Shown piece by piece: positions 9,714 through 18,029 of a stretch of DNA of 64,000 nucleotides. How positions within the stretch are numbered: the first letter of the stretch is position 1; each line of letters begins with the position of its first letter. The notes below the pieces were generated by a model that saw only the letters and a program-made list of their open reading frames with translations, did not search any database and had not been told where the DNA came from. The translations under genes were made by a program, and so were the position numbers. Source of the DNA: Candidatus Marinacidobacterium sp. (GTDB lineage: Bacteria > Acidobacteriota > Vicinamibacteria > Marinacidobacterales > Marinacidobacteraceae); contig OZ244852.1 in NCBI GenBank assembly GCA_965220965.1, forward strand, positions 416,001 to 480,000. The letters are read 5' to 3'.

Positions 9714-10778
9714 CTACCTCGACCGGAAGTACTCCACCTGCCACCGTCTCACGGCGCGGTTGTGGTCGCGGAGGGTCCGGTTGAACTCGTGGGTCCCGTC
9801 GTTCCGCGAGACGAAGTAGAGGAAGTCGGTCTCTTCGGGTTCGAGCACGGCGTCCAGCGCCGCGACGCCGAACGAGGCGATCGGGCCGGGGGGAATGCCG
9901 CCGACCTGGTAGGTGTTCCAGGGGGAGTCGATCCGGAGGTCCCGCCGGCGGATGTTGTTGCCCCGGTCCCCGGCCCTCCGCATCGCGAAGAGGACGGTCG
10001 GGTCCGACTGGAGCGGCATCCCGATCCGCAAGCGGTTCCAGAACACCGAGGCGATCCGCGGACGCTCCTCCGGGCTGCCGGTCTCCTTCTCGACGATCGA
10101 GGCGAGCGTGGCCAGCTCGCGCAGCGAGCGGCCCAGGGAGCGGGCCTTCCGCCGCCGGTCCGCGTTCCAGAGGCTCCGGAACTGGCCGACCAGGACTCCC
10201 GCCACCACCTCGGGCTGGATCTCGGGGGACAGCCGATAGGAGCTGGGGAACAGGTACCCCTCGAGGTCCCGGGCCTCCGGATCCAGATCTCCGATGAGCC
10301 GCCTGGCGGTCGCTTCGTCGGAGAAGAGTTCCAGCAGGGCGTCCCGGTCGCCGAAGCCCTGTCGCGCCACCGCCTCCGCCGTCGCCTCGAGGTCGAGGCC
10401 CTCCGGAAGCAGGAGACGGGTCGTCGCAACCTCCCCCCCGGCGATGACGTCCATGACCTCGATCCCGGTCAGCGGCGCGCTGAAGCGGTAGAGCCCGGCC
10501 TGAAGACGGCGGTCGAGTCCCCGGTCCTCGACGCCCCACGCGAAGGCCCTGCGGTCCGCGACGATTCCCACCGCGGCGAGCCGCTCGGCGAGCGAGTCCA
10601 CGCTCGAGCCGGACCCCACCCGGAACATCACCTGCCCGCGGTGCGCGGCGTAGGGCTCGGCGAGGATCCGCTCGAACTCCTGGAAGCGGCCCAGCCATCC
10701 GGACGCCGCGGCGAGCGCGGCCGCGGCGAACGTCGCGAGCAGCCAGACCGCCGGGGAGCGGGAACTCCACGCGGACAC
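9714..10778 (-). CDS. mltG: Endolytic transglycosylase (YceG family)
   Basis: N-terminal TM; LEGYLFPSSY, LASIVEKET, NRLRIGMPLQSDPT, SPWNTY, PPGPI, LYFVS. Confidence 0.95.
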   Translation of the reverse strand: MSAWSSRSPAVWLLATFAAAALAAASGWLGRFQEFERILAEPYAAHRGQVMFRVGSGSSVDSLAERLAAVGIVADRRAFAWGVEDRGLDRRLQAGLYRFSAPLTGIEVMDVIAGGEVATTRLLLPEGLDLEATAEAVARQGFGDRDALLELFSDEATARRLIGDLDPEARDLEGYLFPSSYRLSPEIQPEVVAGVLVGQFRSLWNADRRRKARSLGRSLRELATLASIVEKETGSPEERPRIASVFWNRLRIGMPLQSDPTVLFAMRRAGDRGNNIRRRDLRIDSPWNTYQVGGIPPGPIASFGVAALDAVLEPEETDFLYFVSRNDGTHEFNRTLRDHNRAVRRWQVEYFRSR

Positions 10779-10803
10779 GGCTGGAGTTCCCGTTTGTCCC
10801 GGG

Positions 10804-12102
10804 TCAGCCGGCGGCGGCGTCCTCGTCCAGCCGGTGGCGCAGCAATCGCAGCGCCAGCTCCAGCCAGGGGTCGTCCGCTTCGAGATCCGCTGGCCGGAAC
10901 CCCAGCATCTCCTCCAGCTCGCCAGCCGAAAGCGTGGCCGGCACGCCGGTCGTGAGGATGTCCTCCCCGTCCGGCGTCTGGTAGTGGGCGCTCGAGATCA
11001 GGAGCGCGTCCCCCGCGGGGAGTTCGATCAGCTCCGGCGCGCCGGTCCGCCCGGCGGTGCGCGGCCCGATGATGTCGAGGTCCGGACGGGAAGCCAGCGC
11101 GGCCGCCAGCACCTCTCCCGGACAGACCGTGCCGCCATCGACCAGCACGACCACCGGGCCGGACCAGGACTCGTCGGGATTCCCCTCCGGAATCGGAACC
11201 GGGGTCTGCTCCTCCCCGCCGCCCGGGCCGCGGCGGGTGAGCTGCGCTCCCGTCCCCGAGGTGAACGGCGCGGCGGCGTCCGCGCCGGCGCCGCAGCCGA
11301 CGCCGTCATCCCGACTGCGCCGCAGGTCCAGCAGCAGCCCGCGCGCTCCGTCGGCCCGGAACCCGGCGATGGCGGCCCCCAACTGGGCGGGCGTCGCCTC
11401 GTGGAACCGCTGGATGCGGGCCACCGCGAGGTCCGTATCGACAACCTCGGCGCTCACCGGATGCGCTTCCAGAACCGCCCGCTCGACGGTGACGGTCTCC
11501 AGCTCGCTGTCGGCTTCGTTCCGGATCGCGAGCTCCACCGGCGTCCCCGGGAGGCCCTGGAGCAGAAGCCGGGCCGCCGGGATCCGCAGGTCCCTGGTGT
11601 AGACCCCGTCGATCGAGACGATCGCCGCGCCCGCCTCGATCCCGGCGGCGTCCGCCGGCGAACCGGGCAGGGCGTGGTCGACATGGAGGTAGTAGCGCTT
11701 TTCGAGGCCGATTCCGAGCGACGCCGGGTAATCACCCCGCGCGCGGTAGCGCTCGGTCTCGGCGGCGCTCAGGTAGGTGCTGTCTTCGTCGAGCGCGTCG
11801 AAGACGCCGCGGACAGCGCCCTCCATGAGCCCCTCGGCCTCGACCGGCTCGAGGTACTGCTCGCGCACCAGCATGACCGCGCCGTGGAACACCTCGAGCG
11901 CCTGGTAGACATCCCGCTGGAGCGCCGCGGCCACCGGGGTCGAAGAGGGCCTGATGGCGGCGGCGCCCGCCGAGGGACCGGTTTCGGCGGAGATCCGCGG
12001 ATCCGGTCCGCGGGCGCCGACCAGAGCGGTCGCCAGGACGCCGCCGGCCAGAACGCCGACGAGAGCGGCGGGGAGTCTCCCCGGATTCCCGAAACGGATC
12101 AT
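10804..12102 (-). CDS. S41A C-terminal processing peptidase-like protein with PDZ domain; catalytic dyad substituted
   Basis: LDEDSTYL, GIG, GSPADAAGI (PDZ), LLLDLR, VVVLVDGGTVCPGE, TAGR, YQTPDG, GV. Confidence 0.8.
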   Translation of the reverse strand: MIRFGNPGRLPAALVGVLAGGVLATALVGARGPDPRISAETGPSAGAAAIRPSSTPVAAALQRDVYQALEVFHGAVMLVREQYLEPVEAEGLMEGAVRGVFDALDEDSTYLSAAETERYRARGDYPASLGIGLEKRYYLHVDHALPGSPADAAGIEAGAAIVSIDGVYTRDLRIPAARLLLQGLPGTPVELAIRNEADSELETVTVERAVLEAHPVSAEVVDTDLAVARIQRFHEATPAQLGAAIAGFRADGARGLLLDLRRSRDDGVGCGAGADAAAPFTSGTGAQLTRRGPGGGEEQTPVPIPEGNPDESWSGPVVVLVDGGTVCPGEVLAAALASRPDLDIIGPRTAGRTGAPELIELPAGDALLISSAHYQTPDGEDILTTGVPATLSAGELEEMLGFRPADLEADDPWLELALRLLRHRLDEDAAAG

Positions 12103-12208
12103 GGATCGAACGTCCTCACCGGTGATGTTCGCGGCTGGCGCATCCGGGGAGGTCCGCCCCGGGCCGGCTGACCCGGGACGGACTCAACAGCGCCGCCCGC
12201 GGCGCCTC

Positions 12209-13780
12209 TCAGGACCCGGAGACCTGGAACTCGACGACTTCGGTGACCGACTGACCGCTCACCTGATCGTTCACCGTGATCTCCGCGGTGTAGTCCCCGG
12301 CCTCGAAGGGCTCGCGCCGTCCGTCGGCGAACAGGCGCGCGAGAGGCACGTCCACGATCGCGATGGCGAGCTCCGGCGCGGCCATGTTGAAGCCGGTCGG
12401 GTTGTAGCGGAGGTACTGATCCCCGTCCTTCTTGAACGTGATCTGCCAACTGAGACTCGCCTGGTCGCCGTCCACGCCGTACCCGTAGGCGTTGAACACC
12501 AGGCGGAACGCGGAGTCCGGCTCGTAGACCCGGGACACCTTGGGGATGAAGTGGAAGCCGCCCACGAGCAGGGCGCGTCCGGGGACCGGAGTGAAGTCCT
12601 CGATCCGGCTGCCGTCGCTGAACCGCGCCATGGACGAGATGCTGAGGGTCTGGGCAGTGAAGTCGGGCGACTCCAGCTCGACGTTCGCAGTGCCGTACGC
12701 CTCGCTGCGGGGATCCCGGATTCCGATCCGCACCGTGTAGAGGCCCGCCGGCATCTGCATCGGCAACTCGATCATGGCGCCCCCGTCGGGCGTCCGGACC
12801 AGGTCCACTTCCTCTTCCGCCTGGCCGATCACGGTGCCCAGCGCGTCCTCCACGCTGTAGAAGCTCTGGACCCGGTCCGCCAGTCCGGAGGCGTCCGGGA
12901 TCTCCAGGACCACCGCAACATAGGTGTCGTCCGTGTTGGAGCGGAAGAACGCGAAGTCGGGCGTCATCGGGATGGCGGTGCTGACTTCGCCGCCCTCCCG
13001 CAGCGCGTTCAGGATCTGCTTGGCGGGGCTGTTCGGGTCGAACAGGTCCTCGAGTTCGCGCAACCGTCCTTCTTCATCCCGGGCGTAGTTGATGCTGGGC
13101 CAGGCGATCTGGCGCTGGCGGGCGCGTTCGAGCGCCGCCTCGATCTGCTCGTTCCGGATCAGCCGCAGACCCAGGTTCGTGGTCCGGAACTCGAGTTCGA
13201 GCCCATCGGGCATGCCCCGGTCCGGGTTCGGGACGTAGGTGAACTTCATCCCGCTGCCGCCCGGGCCGCCCATGCCGCCTCCGCCGCCGAAGCCGCCGCC
13301 ACCGCCGGCGCCCGGAGAGCCGCCGCCCTCACTGACCGGGTTGTTCCCGGTGGCGCCCGCCGGAGGACCTCCGCCCCCCGGTCCGGCGCCCCGGCCGCCG
13401 GTCCGCTCCTGATTGTCGGGGGGACCCAGCAGGAGCATGACGAGCGCCATGTCGGTCTCGGAACCCTTCCGACCCCGCTGGCCGAACTGGTCGTCCGCCT
13501 GTTCGCGCCAGTTCTCGAAGGCGTCGCGCGCCTCGTTGTTCCGGTTCGTCGGCGTCGGATCGCGCCGGGCCCAGAACAGGTCCCGGAACAGGTCCCGGTC
13601 GTCGCGATCGATCTCCTGGAACAACTGGCGCTCCTGCGCCGTAATGATCGGGTCGACCTCTTCCAGCCAGCGCCGGTCGCCCCGGCTGAGGTTGTCCTGC
13701 GCGACGGCCGAGGCGGCGAGTCCGAGACCCGCCGCCGCGACGAGAAGGAAGGAGGTCAGGGCTCCCGGTGTCTTCTTCAT
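12209..13780 (-). CDS. Secreted GWxTD-domain protein with Gly-rich insert
   Basis: Signal peptide; WLEEVDPIIT..ER, FWARRDPTP, GSETD..VMLLLGPP. ATG 13780 follows GGAGAG. Confidence 0.82.
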   Translation of the reverse strand: MKKTPGALTSFLLVAAAGLGLAASAVAQDNLSRGDRRWLEEVDPIITAQERQLFQEIDRDDRDLFRDLFWARRDPTPTNRNNEARDAFENWREQADDQFGQRGRKGSETDMALVMLLLGPPDNQERTGGRGAGPGGGGPPAGATGNNPVSEGGGSPGAGGGGGFGGGGGMGGPGGSGMKFTYVPNPDRGMPDGLELEFRTTNLGLRLIRNEQIEAALERARQRQIAWPSINYARDEEGRLRELEDLFDPNSPAKQILNALREGGEVSTAIPMTPDFAFFRSNTDDTYVAVVLEIPDASGLADRVQSFYSVEDALGTVIGQAEEEVDLVRTPDGGAMIELPMQMPAGLYTVRIGIRDPRSEAYGTANVELESPDFTAQTLSISSMARFSDGSRIEDFTPVPGRALLVGGFHFIPKVSRVYEPDSAFRLVFNAYGYGVDGDQASLSWQITFKKDGDQYLRYNPTGFNMAAPELAIAIVDVPLARLFADGRREPFEAGDYTAEITVNDQVSGQSVTEVVEFQVSGS

Positions 13781-13930
13781 GATCTCTCCGGTCGGGCTTC
13801 GAGGCGGCCTGGGGGCTGGCCACGTTTGCGAAGCGGCAATCCCGAAGAATACGCTTCGCAAGGCCCCCCCGCAACAGACGACGGCTCCCGCGAACGGGCG
13901 CCGTTGCTGGCGCTAAACTGGATTTTCCTG

Positions 13931-15157
13931 ATGACGACACATCGTTCAACCACCCCGCTGGCGGAGCGCTCATCGCTCCCCGGGCGCGACAGCGTCCGAC
14001 GTCTTGGCCTCGTCACGCTGGCGGCGGCCGTCCTCGGCGGCGCCGCGTGCGGGACCGCGCCCAAGCGGACGTGGTCCGTGGAGGAAATCCGCGCGGACCT
14101 GAACCACCGGATCACCCCCGAGGTGCTGGCGCGCGTCGAGATCCCGTTCGAGATCGATGACGAGATCCGCGAGCTGGCCTTCCGGGTCACCGAGAACCTC
14201 CGGACCGACAAGGAGAAGATGCGGGCCATCGTGCGCGCCATCCGCGCGCACACCGGCGGGGCGATCTCCTACGACTGGCTCTCCAACAAGACCGCGAAGA
14301 GCGTGTTCCGCGAAGGCCGGGGGAACTGCCTCGCCTACACGAACCTCTTCGTCGGCATGTCGCGCGCGGTGGGCGTGGAGGCCGTCTACGTGGACGTCAC
14401 CACGATCGAGAAGGTGACCCGCGAGGCCGAGGTCATCGTCAACAGCGGCCACATCACCGGGGGCATCAAGGACGGGCCGGATCTGATCTTCGTGGACTTC
14501 ACCGCGAACCCCGAGCGGGAGTACGCCGGAGCGAAGATCATCGACGACTTCGAAGCCATCTCGAACTTCTACAACAACCAGGGCTTCCTCTACGGGTACT
14601 TCGCCGAGGCGCTCGCGGACCAGGGCGGCTTCGATCCGCTCGCCCGCGAGATCGAGATGTATGAACTCGCGCTCTCGATCCGGCCCTCGTTCAACCGCGC
14701 CCGGAACAACCTGGGCGTCGCCTACAAGCGGCGCGGGCGGGTGGACGACGCCATCGAGCAGTACGAACTGGCGCTCGAACTCGAGCCGAGCTTCACCGAG
14801 GCCCGCGCCAACCTGGCCAGCGCCTACTACTCGATGGGCGACACCGACCAGGCGATCCAGGAATTCCTGGTGGCGGCGCGCAACGACGACTCGAACGCCT
14901 ACGTCCAGTACCACCTCGGTGTGCTCCACTACCACCAGGAGGACTACCGCCGGGCGGCGGACTACTTCCGCCGGGCCATCTCCCGCGACCGCGGGATGGC
15001 GGACGCCCGGTTCTTCCTGGGCGAAACGCTCCTGAAGCTGGGGGACGAGAAGGGCGCCATGGAGGCGTACGAACGGGCGATCGACATCGACCCGAACTAC
15101 ATCGCCGCGCGCGCCAAGCTGGATCTGCTTCAGGACGCCCTGGCCTCCGGTCGCTGA
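13931..15157 (+). CDS. Putative lipoprotein: transglutaminase-like domain plus TPR repeats
   Basis: Lipobox GGAAC; GNCLAYTNLF, SGHIT, FVDF; TPR motifs ARNNLGVAY, ARANLASAY, YHLG, FFLG. The 11954-15157 ORF call is over-extended. Confidence 0.85.
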   Translation: MTTHRSTTPLAERSSLPGRDSVRRLGLVTLAAAVLGGAACGTAPKRTWSVEEIRADLNHRITPEVLARVEIPFEIDDEIRELAFRVTENLRTDKEKMRAIVRAIRAHTGGAISYDWLSNKTAKSVFREGRGNCLAYTNLFVGMSRAVGVEAVYVDVTTIEKVTREAEVIVNSGHITGGIKDGPDLIFVDFTANPEREYAGAKIIDDFEAISNFYNNQGFLYGYFAEALADQGGFDPLAREIEMYELALSIRPSFNRARNNLGVAYKRRGRVDDAIEQYELALELEPSFTEARANLASAYYSMGDTDQAIQEFLVAARNDDSNAYVQYHLGVLHYHQEDYRRAADYFRRAISRDRGMADARFFLGETLLKLGDEKGAMEAYERAIDIDPNYIAARAKLDLLQDALASGR

Positions 15158-15184
15158 GCGGCTCCGAAGAAGCGCTAACCGCCC

Positions 15185-16933
15185 TTGCCGGTCCAGGGCG
15201 AGACTTCGGGCCTGAAGGCCCGTGACCGGCGGGTTCTCGAGAAGCTCGGAACCCGTCGGCTGCCTCCGGCCGCGCTCGTCACCCCCGAGTTCGCGCGTCA
15301 GCTCGCCGCGATCTCGCGGACCATCCGGCGGCAGGTCGGCGTTCTGGTGGACCGCAAGGGGGCCGTCACCTGGGTCGGCGTCGGCGACGCCCACCGGATC
15401 GAGCTCCCCGACCTGAAGCGGCAGCGCGTCGCCGGCGGTCGCCTTCGCGGACTGCGCTGCGTTCATACGCACCTGGGCGGGGAACCGCTGACCCGCGACG
15501 ACCTGGCGGACCTCGCGCTTCTCCGTCTCGACCTGATGGCGGCGCTCGAGGTGCGGGAGGACGGGTTTCCCGGCGTCGTTCACGCCGCCCACCTGACGGC
15601 GCCGGGCCCTTCGGGGCGGGAAGACGACGGGGAGGAGGCGCCGTGGCGACTCCTCGACCCGGCGCCCCCCTGGGAACTGGAGCTCGACTGCGCGGCGCTC
15701 ATCGCCGACCTCGAACGCGCGTTCGCGCGAATTGCTCCGGAGCGCCCTCCCGGCCGCCGGTTTTCCGGACGGGCGATTCTGGTGGGCGCCGGCGAGCGGC
15801 GGGACGGCGACGTCCGCCTCGAGGACGCGGTGCGGGAACTTGGCGAGCTGGCCCGCGACGCGGGACTCGTCGTCGTGGACTCGGTCCTTCAGCGGCGCGC
15901 CCGTCTCGACCCCCGGACGCTGCTGGGGAAAGGCAAGCTCGAGGCGCTGGTGATCCGGGCTCTCGACCGGGGCGCCGACGTGATCCTCTTCTCCTGCGAT
16001 CTGACGCCCTCGCAGGCGCGGAACCTCGCGCGGGCGACCGATCTGAAGGTGCTCGACCGCAGCCAGCTCATCCTGGATGTCTTCGCCCGCCGCGCCACCA
16101 GCCGCGAGGGAAAGCTCCAGGTCGAGCTGGCCCAACTGCGCTATCGACTTCCCAGGCTGGTCCAGCGGGACACCTCGCTGTCCCGCCTTGGGGGCGGGAT
16201 CGGTGGCCGGGGTCCCGGCGAGACCCGGCTCGAAGTGGACCGGCGGCGCGCCCGCCGGCGGATCGGTCGGCTCCAGCGGGATCTCGAGGGGATCGCGGCC
16301 CACCGCGCGTTGCGTCGGCGCCGCCGGGATTCCCGCGGACTGCCGGTGGTGTCGCTGGTCGGGTACACGAACGCGGGGAAGTCCACGTTGCTCAATCGGC
16401 TCACCCGCAGCGAGGTGGCCGCGGGGAACCGGATGTTCGAGACGCTGGATCCGGCGAACCGCCGCCTCCGGGTCCCTGTGGAGCGCGAGGTTCTGCTGGC
16501 GGACACCGTGGGGTTCATTCACGACCTGCCGCCCGATCTGATCGAGGCCTTCCGGGCGACGTTCGAGGAGATCTCCGCCTCCTCCCTGCTGCTTCAGGTG
16601 CTCGACGCGAGCGACGCCCGGATGCGGACCCGCTCGGCGGCGGTGGAGGCGCTCCTGCGCGAGCTCGGCTTCGCGGATATCCCGCGGCTCGTCCTCCTGA
16701 ACAAGGTGGACCTTCTCGACCGGGCGGCTCGCGCCGACCTCCCCCGCCGGGTCGCCGGCGCCGAAGCGCTGGCGATTTCCGCCGGGACCGGCGAGGGCCT
16801 TGGCCAGCTCCTCGAAGCCATCGCGCGCCTCATCCCGATGCGGTCGCCCCAGCGAGGCAAGGCGCCGGCCTGGCTCCCCGTCGGGCCCCTTTCCGAAGCG
16901 GGCGACGACGCGCCCTCCGTCACGGAGATCTGA
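15185..16933 (+). CDS. hflX: Ribosome-associated GTPase (long form)
   Basis: EGKLQVELAQL, GGRGPGET, GYTNAGKST, FETLD, DTVGF, NKVD. Confidence 0.95.
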   Translation: MPVQGETSGLKARDRRVLEKLGTRRLPPAALVTPEFARQLAAISRTIRRQVGVLVDRKGAVTWVGVGDAHRIELPDLKRQRVAGGRLRGLRCVHTHLGGEPLTRDDLADLALLRLDLMAALEVREDGFPGVVHAAHLTAPGPSGREDDGEEAPWRLLDPAPPWELELDCAALIADLERAFARIAPERPPGRRFSGRAILVGAGERRDGDVRLEDAVRELGELARDAGLVVVDSVLQRRARLDPRTLLGKGKLEALVIRALDRGADVILFSCDLTPSQARNLARATDLKVLDRSQLILDVFARRATSREGKLQVELAQLRYRLPRLVQRDTSLSRLGGGIGGRGPGETRLEVDRRRARRRIGRLQRDLEGIAAHRALRRRRRDSRGLPVVSLVGYTNAGKSTLLNRLTRSEVAAGNRMFETLDPANRRLRVPVEREVLLADTVGFIHDLPPDLIEAFRATFEEISASSLLLQVLDASDARMRTRSAAVEALLRELGFADIPRLVLLNKVDLLDRAARADLPRRVAGAEALAISAGTGEGLGQLLEAIARLIPMRSPQRGKAPAWLPVGPLSEAGDDAPSVTEI

Positions 16934-16945
16934 GGCGCGAGGGCG

Positions 16946-17968
16946 TCAGGCTTCGTCGAGGTCGGCGAAGCCGGTCGTGAGGCCGCCCGCCTCGGCGGCA
17001 AGACGCAGGAGGCTCTCGCGCCGGGACGCATCGGCGTCGCCCGAGGCGACCGCCGCCTTGACCCCGCAGCCGGGCTCGGTGTCATGGGCGCATCCGGCGA
17101 AGCGGCAGTCCGACGCGAACCGGGACAGGTCCGGATAGGCGGCGCGGACCCGTTCCGGAGTCAGCCCGTCGATTCCCAGGGCGCGCACCCCGGGGGTGTC
17201 CACGATCTCGCCGCCTCCCGGCAACCGGATCGCCTCGGAGCTGGTGGTGGTGTGCCGTCCGCGGCCCCGCCGGTCCACCGCGCCGCTCCGCCGGCCCGGA
17301 ACGCCGAGCGCGGCGAGCAGCATGGTCTTTCCGACCCCCGAATGCCCGAACAGCACGGAGCGCCCCCGTCCGGCGGCCGTCCGCAGCGCTTCGATCCCGT
17401 CCCCGGTCAGCGTGCTGGTCCGGTACACCTCGAGATCCAGAGCCCGGTACTCCCGGAGGTTCTCGTCGAGCCGCTTCAGGTCTTCCGCCTCCGCGAGGTC
17501 CAGCTTGTTGAAGACGAGCGCGGGCTTCACCTCGGCGTCGTGGGCCACCACCAGCGAGCGATCCACGAATCCGGTCCGGTAGGGCGGCTCGCGGAACGCC
17601 GAGACGATGAAGAACCGGTCGAGGTTCGCGGCGAGCACCCGGAGCTGGCGGCGTTCCGGAGGTCCGACGGCCCGCCGCAGCTCGTTCCGGCGAGGCCGCA
17701 CCGCCACGATGCGCCCCCCGTCGTCGACCCGCTCGATCTCCACTTCGTCGCCCACGACCAGGCGGCCGGCCCGGTCGCGATCCCCGGCGCCGAAGAGCCG
17801 CCCTCCCGGGGAGCAGCGCAGCAGCCGGTCTCCCGATTCCTCCGGGGCGATGCGCACCACGATGTGGCGTCGCGCCAGGCGCACCACGACGCCAACGTTC
17901 GCGGACGCCTGCGCCTGGTCCGACGATCCGCCGGCCCCGGACGCCGGACCGGAGTCGCGCTCGCTCAC
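16946..17968 (-). CDS. rsgA: Ribosome small subunit-dependent GTPase
   Basis: VVGD, NKLD, GHSGVGKT, GRHTTT, DTPG, CRFAGCAHDTEPGC zinc site. Confidence 0.95.
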   Translation of the reverse strand: MSERDSGPASGAGGSSDQAQASANVGVVVRLARRHIVVRIAPEESGDRLLRCSPGGRLFGAGDRDRAGRLVVGDEVEIERVDDGGRIVAVRPRRNELRRAVGPPERRQLRVLAANLDRFFIVSAFREPPYRTGFVDRSLVVAHDAEVKPALVFNKLDLAEAEDLKRLDENLREYRALDLEVYRTSTLTGDGIEALRTAAGRGRSVLFGHSGVGKTMLLAALGVPGRRSGAVDRRGRGRHTTTSSEAIRLPGGGEIVDTPGVRALGIDGLTPERVRAAYPDLSRFASDCRFAGCAHDTEPGCGVKAAVASGDADASRRESLLRLAAEAGGLTTGFADLDEA

Positions 17969-18029
17969 GTCCTCGCGACGCCGCGTCGCGGCCCGGGACG
18001 CGTTGCCCCGGGCGACTCCGACCGGGCGC

